Shown here piece after piece: positions 36,373 through 44,802 of a DNA stretch of 45,194 bases. Source of the stretch: Kordiimonadaceae bacterium (GTDB taxonomy: Bacteria; Pseudomonadota; Alphaproteobacteria; Sphingomonadales; Kordiimonadaceae). The stretch spans positions 1-45,194 of the forward strand of contig JABABO010000058.1 in assembly GCA_014238195.1 (NCBI GenBank). Reading direction: 5' to 3'. The translations under genes and the position numbers were made by a program. Each line of letters starts with the position of its first letter. The stretch's first letter is position 1. A model generated the notes under the pieces. It was not told where the DNA came from, did not search any database, and saw only the letters and a list, made by a program, of their open reading frames with translations.

Positions 36373-37683
36373 CTAAATGATGCTTGAAAGCCAAGTAACG
36401 GTCGATGGGAACGCAATCATGATCGCCATCCCTAAAAGGTAGATCAAGATGAAAGGTATCACCGCTTGAAAAACATGGTGCAGCGACATTGAGGGCGTGG
36501 TGGCTTTAAATGCGAAAAGCGTATAGCCAAACGGTGGCGTTATGGCTCCCAAAGTAATATTGATCAAAAAGAGCAACCAAAACCATACTGGATCAAATCC
36601 GCTTTCCTGAATAAGAGGCTGATAAATTGGGATCGAAATAAGTATGACTGCGATTGTATCGATGAAGATGCACAGCAGGAATGGAATCAGCATCATAATA
36701 AGCAGGAGCGAAATTGAGGACAGGCCCAAGCCATTGATCATGTTGACGAGGTGGGTTGGGGCGCCAGTGTAGGCCAGCATCTGAGTAAACATCTTTGATG
36801 CCGCCATAATGATCAGAATCATAGTTGAAATCGATACGGTGCTCAAAATCGATTCTTTTATCATATCAGCACTAAGTTGCCGGTATATGCTTGCAGTAAT
36901 AATTGCGCCAATAACCCCCGTTGCAGCAGATTCTGAAGGGGTGGCAATGCCCAGCATAATAACGCCCATCACAAAGAAAATAACGATCAAAAAAGGGAGC
37001 AATTGCAAAGTTGCTTTGGTGCGGGAAATCTGTTGCTCGCCGTCTTCAGGCATGTCAAGTGTCGGCGCTAAAGCAGGATTTATTTTGATCCGTATGAATA
37101 TATATATCAGCAATAATGAGCACATCAAAAGCCCAGGAACAATGCCTGCGATAAGCAGTTTGGCGATTGAAACACTGGCAAGTGACCCAATAATGATAGC
37201 CAACAGGCTTGGGGGGATAATGGGGGCTAGGCTGGCACCAGCCAAAATAAGCCCAGCTGAGAGGCGCTGATCATAGCCGCGGCGTTCCATACCAGGCATG
37301 ATGGACCGGCCAAGCATTGCGGCGACTGCCATGGCAACACCAGATAAAGCGCCGAAAATTGCTGAAAGTAATGTCACTAATATATATTGCCGACCTTGTA
37401 CACGCCCAACCAGCCGGTCAACTGAATCAAACAGGACCTCCATGCTGCCAGACCGAAAAAGTATTTCGCCCATGAGAATAAATATAGGGATCGTTGCAAG
37501 TGACGTGCTGCTCAGTGTCGCATAAAAGCTGTTTGGAACAATCACATAGGCCTCAGGCCCCATGAGAGACCCAACCCCGACGACCGATACGATAAGAAAC
37601 GCGACAAAGATTGGTATTCCAACCATAAACTGGGCAATCAACGCACCAAATAGCAACACCAATATCCAATACCATTCCATCAT
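36373..37683 (-). CDS. TRAP transporter large permease (DctM family)
   Basis: 436-aa polytopic membrane protein. An ATGA overlap joins it to the small-permease gene. Confidence 0.88.
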   Translation of the reverse strand: MMEWYWILVLLFGALIAQFMVGIPIFVAFLIVSVVGVGSLMGPEAYVIVPNSFYATLSSTSLATIPIFILMGEILFRSGSMEVLFDSVDRLVGRVQGRQYILVTLLSAIFGALSGVAMAVAAMLGRSIMPGMERRGYDQRLSAGLILAGASLAPIIPPSLLAIIIGSLASVSIAKLLIAGIVPGLLMCSLLLIYIFIRIKINPALAPTLDMPEDGEQQISRTKATLQLLPFLIVIFFVMGVIMLGIATPSESAATGVIGAIITASIYRQLSADMIKESILSTVSISTMILIIMAASKMFTQMLAYTGAPTHLVNMINGLGLSSISLLLIMMLIPFLLCIFIDTIAVILISIPIYQPLIQESGFDPVWFWLLFLINITLGAITPPFGYTLFAFKATTPSMSLHHVFQAVIPFILIYLLGMAIMIAFPSTVTWLSSII

Positions 37684-38243
37684 TCTACTCCCACAGGGTC
37701 AGGGTCATCTGGTTCTGTGCCAGCCATTTCTGTGTCAGCCTGCTTTGTTTCAGGCAGTTCTGTGTCATCATGGGGGGCAAACACGGAATAGAGGAAATAA
37801 AGGCCAGCACTAAAGAAGCTATAGCTGATAATAACGCTCAGCCACCATTTTGGAATGGGATGGTTTCCCATAGTGCTAATATTGTGGATAAACTGGTATA
37901 TATTTTCTTGGGTGCTAAACCACGCGGCGGATACGCACGCCAACACTGCCAGTATGTTCCCCGCACGTCCAACCTGTGTCGCCATTGTAGGTGACATTTT
38001 TTCGGTCAGAAAGGAAACGGCAATATGCCTTTTTTCCTGTGTGATTTTTGGAAATCCAAGAAACACCATGGCGACGAGAAGGTAACTGACCAAATCGCCT
38101 GACCAGCTGGAGGGTGAATTAAAGCCAAATCTGGCGACAACTTGATAGATATAGGAAAGCGTAATCAGTGCAAGCGCAACACCGCTCAGAATGAAAGAAA
38201 GAGCTGTTACCTTATCATGAGCTGACTTTATACCCTGCAACAT
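37680..38243 (-). CDS. TRAP transporter small permease (DctQ family)
   Basis: Four predicted TM helices. I place the start at ATG 38243 (MLQGIKS..), 17 nt after the dctP-like stop. The 232-aa ORF from 38378 would overlap the binding-protein gene by 119 nt. Confidence 0.78.
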   Translation of the reverse strand: MLQGIKSAHDKVTALSFILSGVALALITLSYIYQVVARFGFNSPSSWSGDLVSYLLVAMVFLGFPKITQEKRHIAVSFLTEKMSPTMATQVGRAGNILAVLACVSAAWFSTQENIYQFIHNISTMGNHPIPKWWLSVIISYSFFSAGLYFLYSVFAPHDDTELPETKQADTEMAGTEPDDPDPVGVE

Positions 38244-38259
38244 GTTAAATTCGCCTGTT

Positions 38260-39369
38260 TCATTTTTTGGTTTGCTTAATGACAAGTTTCCGCAAAGCTT
38301 CGATACTGTCTTTGGAACTTGAATTACGAATCGCTGTCTCCCACACACCGCGTGCAAAACACTCATTTGCGAAATCACTGCTAAAGGAAGGCATGCTCAC
38401 AAATTGAGCGCCCTCAGCGAGCATCAGCCGGCGTTCCTGCTCATAAAGAGCATTAAATCTTTGGATCGATTGCGCTTCAACACGGCGTCCTGCTTCCAGC
38501 AGTATTTGCTGATTTTCAGAGCTCAATTCTGTGTAGGTATCATTATTCATCAATATCAAATAAGAAACATTCCCGAAGCTAGGCTCGATAATATAGGGGG
38601 CCACTTCATGGAACTTGAAGCCGTATGCGCCGACACCCGTCCAAATCAAGCCATCAACGACCTTTTTTTCAACAGCTGAATAAATCTCAGAAGGAGGTAA
38701 AAGAACTGGTGTTGTCGCTAATTCATCCATCAAGCATTGCTGTGTCTGTAGCGCCCGAATGCTTTTGCCTGCCATGTCTTCCTTAGTCGAAACGGCTTTA
38801 TTGAGAAAAATACGAAATCCAGTTTCTGCCACTGCTATCGCAAGCACTTTCAAGTTATGTTCGGAGATATAATATTGGTCAACCGTATCCCACACGCCAC
38901 TTTTTCGGCGCCATTCGATATCCGATGGAACCGCATCAAGCGTGGCCCCCATCCAAGATGTTCCAGTGTGGTAAAGGCCGTGAGTAAAAAGAATGTCAAA
39001 CGCCCCGTTGCTCACTGGACGTACTTGTTCAAAGGCGGCGATAACCTCTGGGCCATATGTGGTGATGCCAATCTGTCCGCCTGAAATCTCAGACACTTCG
39101 TCAACAAAAACGACAGGCACATTAATGACGGCACTGTGATTATTGTTCCAAGATTGCAACATTGATAGTGTCTGATGGCTAGGCGATGCAGTGTCAGTGG
39201 CACTGGTCTTGGCAGCAGTGGTCTGGGCGGCATTAGCCTTAGCAGCATATAATCCAGTCGCTGATAAGATCAGAAATAGAGAAACAGCCAAGCGGAAAAG
39301 CGTTCTCGTAAGCTCCCTAGAGAAAAGATCACATGCTTCATTCTCTCCCGACACTTCATTCTCCATCAT
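38260..39369 (-). CDS. TRAP transporter solute-binding protein (DctP family), substrate unknown
   Basis: Signal-peptide-like segment LFRLAVSLFLILSATGLYAAKANA. A DctP-like N-lobe pattern FVDEVSEISGGQIGITTYGP..RPVSNGAFDILFTH, plus the position ahead of Q and M. Confidence 0.75.
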   Translation of the reverse strand: MMENEVSGENEACDLFSRELTRTLFRLAVSLFLILSATGLYAAKANAAQTTAAKTSATDTASPSHQTLSMLQSWNNNHSAVINVPVVFVDEVSEISGGQIGITTYGPEVIAAFEQVRPVSNGAFDILFTHGLYHTGTSWMGATLDAVPSDIEWRRKSGVWDTVDQYYISEHNLKVLAIAVAETGFRIFLNKAVSTKEDMAGKSIRALQTQQCLMDELATTPVLLPPSEIYSAVEKKVVDGLIWTGVGAYGFKFHEVAPYIIEPSFGNVSYLILMNNDTYTELSSENQQILLEAGRRVEAQSIQRFNALYEQERRLMLAEGAQFVSMPSFSSDFANECFARGVWETAIRNSSSKDSIEALRKLVIKQTKK

Positions 39370-39427
39370 ATCTTAATGCGCAGCCATATTTTGAATTAAG
39401 TCCTTAACACAAGAGCTTTTTTGAAAA

Positions 39428-39469
39428 TTAAGTAGTATACGTCCTACTGTAAGCACGTTTACTCACTAA
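39428..39469. promoter_or_regulatory. Operator-like elements upstream of the TRAP operon
   Basis: TTAAGTAGTATAC (39428-39440) shares GTAGTATAC with the hyuA promoter palindrome. TACTCACTAA (39460-39469) is identical to one half of the 20-bp palindrome at 42016-42035. Confidence 0.35.
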
Positions 39470-39574
39470 GTCAATCAACAATCAAATTACCGAGTTGAAG
39501 ATTTCGCTTGAACATAGGGGCCATGCTTATTGCCCTATAATGTCGTGCTATTACGATGCCGTGTTCTTCAAGTA

Positions 39575-39622
39575 ACGAAGCCTCCGTACACATTTGTGAC
39601 CAGAGGCTTCGTCAGATTTTTT
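39575..39622. terminator. 10-bp stem hairpin (ACGAAGCCTC / GAGGCTTCGT) 26 nt downstream of the TonB-dependent receptor stop
   Basis: Perfect 10-bp stem with an 18-nt loop. The T6 run (39617-39622) lies on the plus-strand side, so for the minus-strand gene the hairpin has no U-tail. Confidence 0.45.
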
Positions 39623-39637
39623 ACGCGGTGCCCCGTG

Positions 39638-41971
39638 CTAGAATTTATATCCAAGCGTCGCGCCATAAGTTCTTGGCGGGAGTAATGTACCCCCAGTTGT
39701 GACAACAGAACCGATCACAAACCTACCCGTATAGACAAACTCATCGGTTAGGTTTCTGACCCATGCATTCACAGTAAATCTGCCATTTGGCGCAGTGTAT
39801 TTAATGTTGGCGTTAACCAGTGTATAGGCATCCTCGCGGTCAACCTCGTCATTAAACTCGGTAAAGAACTGCTCGCTTTTGTGGGACACTTCGGCACCAA
39901 TTGACAGGGTTCCATCGTTGTCCAGTGGCACATCATACTGACCATGAAGGTTCCAGGAAAATTCAGGCGACTGTTTAGTTTTATTCCCTGCAAGATCATC
40001 AAGACGATCTCCAGTGATTACAGGATTGTCCGCTGAAAATTCCAAAAACTCGGAGTCGAGATAACTGAAATATCCGTCCAGCTTGAACTGATCTGTAACC
40101 AACCAGTCCGCTTCCAGTTCAATACCGCGCCCCCTAGCCCGCGCTGCATTATCGAAAATATTAACAAAAGTCAGTTTAACAGGGTCTGGTGCTGAACGGC
40201 TTTGCTGCAGATCATCGATTGTGTATTTGAAAGCCGCAAGGTTCAACCGTACCCGGTTTTCAAAGAGCGATGACTTGACGCCAATCTCGTAGGATTCGCT
40301 ACGCTCAGGCTCAGTAATAGGGGTTCTGGCGCCGCCAGAAACCGCACCGCTTTTGAAGCCTTCTGTATAGCTAGCATAGAGCAAAACATCGTCAGTTGGT
40401 CGCCAGTCAAGGCCCACAGTGGGGGAGAAATCGCTAAAATCCCGTTCTTGATCGCAAAATCCGTTGATTTGCTCAGGCGCTGGTTGACTAATGCCAGGCA
40501 GACAATCTTCGTTGCCGCCATTAATTCTGAAGAAGGTTTTTCCTGTGCGCTTTTCATCGCTATACCGCGCCCCCACCTTAGCAGATAAAGTATCGCTTAT
40601 GTCATAGGTGAAGTTCGCAAAGGCACCGAGCGCCTTAATGCCAATATCCCCAAACAGATATATAAAGTCGCGCTCATTTTTATCAGGAGTATCCGGATCA
40701 TCAAAATCATGTGCAATATCATTACCATCGTTGATCAGTGTTTCATCGAAGTAGAATAGACCAACCAAACCATGCAAACGATCACTATTGTAAATGAATT
40801 GCAACTCTTCACTAAACTGCTCACTTGTGACTGTATTATTCTGGATATCGTCATTTACGTTACTTGATTGATCAATGTCTTGTCGATATAGGACGTCAAG
40901 GTTGCGGTAGTTTGTAATCGAACGCAGGGCAAATTCATCGTTTATATCCCAGTCCAATGTACCCGTGAAAGCGTAAGATTCTTTTTTATTGTTGGGTTCA
41001 ATTTCACTTGCAATATTGCGTGGGTCTTTTGCGTGACCGCCCAAGCCTGGGGCAGGACGGGTAATCCCAATGGTTTCGCCACTGGCTAAAGTAAGTGTAT
41101 TTCCGTCAATGCTAGCACCCGCTGGCAGATTCGCTTCATCATCAATGCCATATTGGCGTAGCTCAAATGCCCTATGTGTATCAATGAAATGCATTTGACC
41201 AGAATTATCATTTTCTGACTGATAATCAGCACTCAACAGAAAATTCAAACTATCGCTTAGCTTGAAATTCATTTGGCCGCGAAATGATTGACGACTTTCG
41301 TTATCAATGTCAGAACCCGAGACCTCATTAATACCATATCCAGAATGTGAGTTGGTCTTAAACGCAAGGCGACCCTGAATATTTTCTGTCAACGGTCCGC
41401 TAACAGCCCCTTCAACATCAAGTTTCTGGTAGTTGCCAAGGGTAACATTTGTATAGGCCTCAAAGTCTTCTGTTGGCTTTTTACTAATCAGGTTAACAGA
41501 ACCACCGATCGCGTTTCGACCATAAAGCGTTCCCTGTGGGCCGCGAAGAACCTCAACCCGTTCCAGATCGAAAAATGCCCCTAGCTGTGCGTAGGACTGA
41601 GAAATAACAGCGCCGTCCAGATGCAGTGCTACAGATGGGTCAACCCCTGCAAACGAGCTGTTCAACCCGATGCCGCGAATAAATATCTTTGCTTGACCAA
41701 AATCCGCACCAATGGAAAAGTTGGGTATTAGGCTTGAAAGCCCGCCAGCATCACTGACGACGGCATCTGCCAAACGTTCAGCGGTGAGGGCGGATACTGC
41801 TAGGCTAACATCTTGCAGATTTTGTTCACGTTTATTTGCTGTGACAACAATGTCCTCAATCACGAGCTTGTCATCGCCGCCTTGAACGCTATCCTGTTGT
41901 GCATAAACTGCAGGATTTAGGATCAGTGCTGTGCTTAGCATCAGCAAACTGCGTTTTCTAAAATTAATCAT
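39638..41971 (-). CDS. TonB-dependent outer-membrane receptor
   Basis: 777 aa with a signal peptide and a plug region (IEDIVVTANKREQNLQDVSLAVSALT, VEVLRGPQGTLYGRNAIGGSVN). The C-terminal beta-barrel ends in ..TLGYKF. Confidence 0.92.
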   Translation of the reverse strand: MINFRKRSLLMLSTALILNPAVYAQQDSVQGGDDKLVIEDIVVTANKREQNLQDVSLAVSALTAERLADAVVSDAGGLSSLIPNFSIGADFGQAKIFIRGIGLNSSFAGVDPSVALHLDGAVISQSYAQLGAFFDLERVEVLRGPQGTLYGRNAIGGSVNLISKKPTEDFEAYTNVTLGNYQKLDVEGAVSGPLTENIQGRLAFKTNSHSGYGINEVSGSDIDNESRQSFRGQMNFKLSDSLNFLLSADYQSENDNSGQMHFIDTHRAFELRQYGIDDEANLPAGASIDGNTLTLASGETIGITRPAPGLGGHAKDPRNIASEIEPNNKKESYAFTGTLDWDINDEFALRSITNYRNLDVLYRQDIDQSSNVNDDIQNNTVTSEQFSEELQFIYNSDRLHGLVGLFYFDETLINDGNDIAHDFDDPDTPDKNERDFIYLFGDIGIKALGAFANFTYDISDTLSAKVGARYSDEKRTGKTFFRINGGNEDCLPGISQPAPEQINGFCDQERDFSDFSPTVGLDWRPTDDVLLYASYTEGFKSGAVSGGARTPITEPERSESYEIGVKSSLFENRVRLNLAAFKYTIDDLQQSRSAPDPVKLTFVNIFDNAARARGRGIELEADWLVTDQFKLDGYFSYLDSEFLEFSADNPVITGDRLDDLAGNKTKQSPEFSWNLHGQYDVPLDNDGTLSIGAEVSHKSEQFFTEFNDEVDREDAYTLVNANIKYTAPNGRFTVNAWVRNLTDEFVYTGRFVIGSVVTTGGTLLPPRTYGATLGYKF

Positions 41972-42015
41972 GGGTGTTTCCCTCCGGCTTCCTTATATCA
42001 TTATAATTTATGTAG

Positions 42016-42035
42016 TTAGTGAGTATACTCACTAA
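42016..42035. promoter_or_regulatory. Perfect 20-bp palindrome TTAGTGAGTATACTCACTAA, 45 bp upstream of the receptor start
   Basis: I verified that the reverse complement is identical to the sequence itself. Confidence 0.6.
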
Positions 42036-42091
42036 TATACCGCCAAGCTCCATTTTCGCAAAACATTGTGAGAATAAAATGGACTTGAAAA

Positions 42092-42108
42092 AGAGAGTAT
42101 ACTCACTA
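42092..42108. promoter_or_regulatory. Second operator-like copy AGAGAGTATACTCACTA
   Basis: Shares the 14-mer GAGTATACTCACTA with the palindrome 76 bp downstream. Confidence 0.5.
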
Positions 42109-42185
42109 TTTTTAAAATTACAATGTTAAATATCAAATACTGAAAATTTGTTGCAGAAAGTTTATGTACATAGTTCTTTCAAAAG

Positions 42186-43169
42186 CTATTTTCGCGCCCG
42201 CAAAGATGACGGAGAGATATTATACTGCTGTGAAAAGGCATAAGAAAAATGTCCAGAATTGATGAAACCAGTCGCAAGAGCGATTTCAGTTATTGACAAC
42301 GGGGAAGACTTTAGCAGATTAACCGCCTTATTAAGGCGTAGTTGGCGATAAAAAGTCATTGTGGATATGGTCAGATTATTTTGGAACACTCTATTGAGCT
42401 GGCGAGGGCTTAAATGCAATATTTTTGCAAGCTGGTGTAATTTTATCGGACTATCTATATTGTTTTCCATGATCTCGATGGCTTGAATAACTTTTAAGTT
42501 AGTCGTTCCGTATTGTTCAATTTTCCCAAGTTTTTGAGGTGCGTCGGAAGGTCGGGCACCAGTATGGAGCAGCCATTCGTTTACTTTTTGAGCAAATTGC
42601 AATCCGTGATGCTCAATGATAAGAGCATGCATCAGATCAATTGCGGCAATTCCACCAGCACATGTTACGCGGTCGCGGTCTATAACATACAGGCTTTTTT
42701 CAACAAGCAAGGTTGATGACATTTCGGTCAAAGCAGGAAGGTGTTCCCAGTGCGCAGTCATTCTTCGGTTACGCATCAGTTTAGCATTGACTAGAATGAC
42801 TGGCCCGCCTGATATTCCCCCCAATTTCGTCCCAAAGCGTGACAGTCGCCGCAACCAGTGAAAAGCACGCGCATTTTTATAGTCAAACGGATTGCCGCCT
42901 GCCAGGACAAGCAGCAGGTCAAAATCATTTTCAATATCTGATATGCTTTTGGTTTGAAGTATGGCCCCACCAGACGTCTGGACCACATTATCTTCCACAC
43001 TGATATTACACACCTCATAAAGCTTTTTGTCAGCGAGCGTATTCGCCGCCCTGAGAGGTTCGACAACTGAAGCATATGAGAGCAAGGGAAATCCATCAAT
43101 AAGAAGAAGCCCCACAGTGTATGCCTTGTGGCCTTTTAAGGTGATTGTGTCCATATTATTAAAAAACAC
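42186..43169 (-). CDS. GlxA-type AraC-family regulator (DJ-1/PfpI-like N-domain plus AraC HTH); SouR/GbdR-like
   Basis: 327 aa. The N-terminal class-I-amidotransferase-like fold has the CAGG segment (VTCAGGIAAIDLM). A C-terminal double HTH (ITEIALATGFINSGHFSYAFSQQY) follows. It is divergent from soxB. Confidence 0.8.
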   Translation of the reverse strand: MFFNNMDTITLKGHKAYTVGLLLIDGFPLLSYASVVEPLRAANTLADKKLYEVCNISVEDNVVQTSGGAILQTKSISDIENDFDLLLVLAGGNPFDYKNARAFHWLRRLSRFGTKLGGISGGPVILVNAKLMRNRRMTAHWEHLPALTEMSSTLLVEKSLYVIDRDRVTCAGGIAAIDLMHALIIEHHGLQFAQKVNEWLLHTGARPSDAPQKLGKIEQYGTTNLKVIQAIEIMENNIDSPIKLHQLAKILHLSPRQLNRVFQNNLTISTMTFYRQLRLNKAVNLLKSSPLSITEIALATGFINSGHFSYAFSQQYNISPSSLRARK

Positions 43170-43244
43170 GTCTTTTTTGAGTAAGTCAAGTCGTAATGCG
43201 GGTGATAGTATTAAATCATCACTAGTGAAAGTACGAGGTGTTAC

Positions 43245-44495
43245 ATGCGGTATTCAGCGGCTAAAATATTGTGGCAAGGATTAACAGGTAATCGTGGGTG
43301 GAAATCAGTTTGGCGTGAACCACAGCCAAAATCCGAGTATGATATTATTGTTGTTGGTGGCGGTGGTCACGGTCTTGCCACAGCATACTATCTCGCTAAA
43401 AAGTTTGGTCACAAGAACATAGCTGTTTTGGAAAAGGGATGGATTGGCTCAGGGAATGTAGGGCGTAATACGACGATTATTCGGTCGAATTACCTGTTGC
43501 CAGGAAATGGCCCTTTCTATGAAATGTCAATGAAGCTGTGGGAAAATCTTGAACAAGAGCTTAACTATAATGCTATGGTGTCTCAGCGTGGTGTTGTCTA
43601 TTTGTCGCACAGTGATGCGCAACGTGATACGCTGGCCCGGCGCGGAAACGCGATGCGTCTCGCTGGGGCAGATGCCGTTCTGCTGGACGAAGCCGAAGTC
43701 CGTAAAAACTTTCCCTATTTTGATTATGATAATGCCCGGTTTCCGATCACTGGTGGTCTGCTTCAACCACGTGGGGGCACCGCGCGGCATGACGGTGTTG
43801 TATGGGGGTATGCCCGTGCAGCAGACCAACTGGGTGTTGATATTATCCAGAATTGTGAAGTCACCAATTTTTTAATTGATAACGGTGTTTGCAGCGGCGT
43901 TGAAACAAGCCGAGGGGTTATTAAGGCTAAAAAAACCGCGGTTTGCGTGGCGGGCTCATCTAGTAAGGTTATGGCAAAAGCCAATATGCGCTTGCCGATC
44001 GAAAGTCATGTTCTACAAGCCTATGTCACCGAAGGCCTAAAGCCTGTCATACCAGGTGTTGTTGTGTTTGGGGCAGGGCATTTCTATATCTCGCAATCCG
44101 ATAAAGGCGGGCTGGTTTTTGGCGGCGATGTTGATGGGTATAATACTTATGCGCAGCGGGGCGGTATGCCCGTCCTGGAACATTCCTGTGAAGGTGGGGT
44201 TGCGTTAATGCCGATGATTAGTCGCGCCCGTGTCCTGCGAACCTGGGGCGGGCTGGTGGATATGTCTATGGATGGCTCCCCCTTCATTGATAAAACAGCC
44301 ATTTCAGGCCTCTATTTTAATGGCGGGTGGTGTTATGGCGGATTTAAAGCGACACCAGCATCGGGCTATTGCTATGCGCATCTTATTGCCAAAGACACGT
44401 ACCATCCAAATGCCGCAGCCTATCGGTTAGACCGGTATCTGTCAGGACGAATGCTAGATGAACGCGGCGTAGGGGCACAGCCTAACCTGCACTGA
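43245..44495 (+). CDS. soxB: Sarcosine oxidase beta subunit
   Basis: 416 aa with the FAD fold YDIIVVGGGGHGLATAYYLAK. It is followed by the delta and alpha subunit genes. Confidence 0.9.
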   Translation: MRYSAAKILWQGLTGNRGWKSVWREPQPKSEYDIIVVGGGGHGLATAYYLAKKFGHKNIAVLEKGWIGSGNVGRNTTIIRSNYLLPGNGPFYEMSMKLWENLEQELNYNAMVSQRGVVYLSHSDAQRDTLARRGNAMRLAGADAVLLDEAEVRKNFPYFDYDNARFPITGGLLQPRGGTARHDGVVWGYARAADQLGVDIIQNCEVTNFLIDNGVCSGVETSRGVIKAKKTAVCVAGSSSKVMAKANMRLPIESHVLQAYVTEGLKPVIPGVVVFGAGHFYISQSDKGGLVFGGDVDGYNTYAQRGGMPVLEHSCEGGVALMPMISRARVLRTWGGLVDMSMDGSPFIDKTAISGLYFNGGWCYGGFKATPASGYCYAHLIAKDTYHPNAAAYRLDRYLSGRMLDERGVGAQPNLH

Positions 44496-44514
44496 TCAAC
44501 GAAGGGTAACGGAC

Positions 44515-44802
44515 ATGATTATCAACCACCCTCTATTAGGGCCTCGTGATGCCTCCGAATTTTATTATCTTGGGGACGCCTCACTTATTAACAGACCTGA
44601 TTGGCAAGCAGAGGACGCGATTGCCCAGTTTCACGACTATCTGTATCTTCGTGATAATCCTGCGGGTAAGCACCGTGAGCTTTGGTATCACGAGCAAGGT
44701 GACAGGTCATGGCTGGTCGTCACGCGCGATACAACAACCCACGAGATTACAAAAGTTGAACTGGCCCGCGATGTGGCTTTGACTGGGGGACAGGACAAAT
44801 GA
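44515..44802 (+). CDS. soxD: Sarcosine oxidase delta subunit
   Basis: 95 aa, with size and position between soxB and soxA as expected. An ATGA overlap joins it to soxA. Confidence 0.85.
   Translation: MIINHPLLGPRDASEFYYLGDASLINRPDWQAEDAIAQFHDYLYLRDNPAGKHRELWYHEQGDRSWLVVTRDTTTHEITKVELARDVALTGGQDK

Noticed and set aside
38244-38378. N-terminal 45-aa extension of the DctQ ORF that overlaps the binding-protein gene. A similar extension at 15245-15310 belongs to the TadF-like ORF.
   Set aside because: The extensions overlap the upstream genes heavily and lack family features. Internal ATGs at 38243 and 15311 give normal intergenic spacing, and 15311 has a GAGGTG ribosome-binding site.
39508-39622. 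Possible plus-strand small RNA: TTGAAC ... TATAAT followed by the 39575-39612 hairpin and a T6 run.
   Set aside because: The -35/-10 spacer is 22 nt, too long for a sigma-70 promoter. The hairpin is more simply explained as the terminator of the receptor gene 26 nt away. RNA-seq would be needed to revive the idea.
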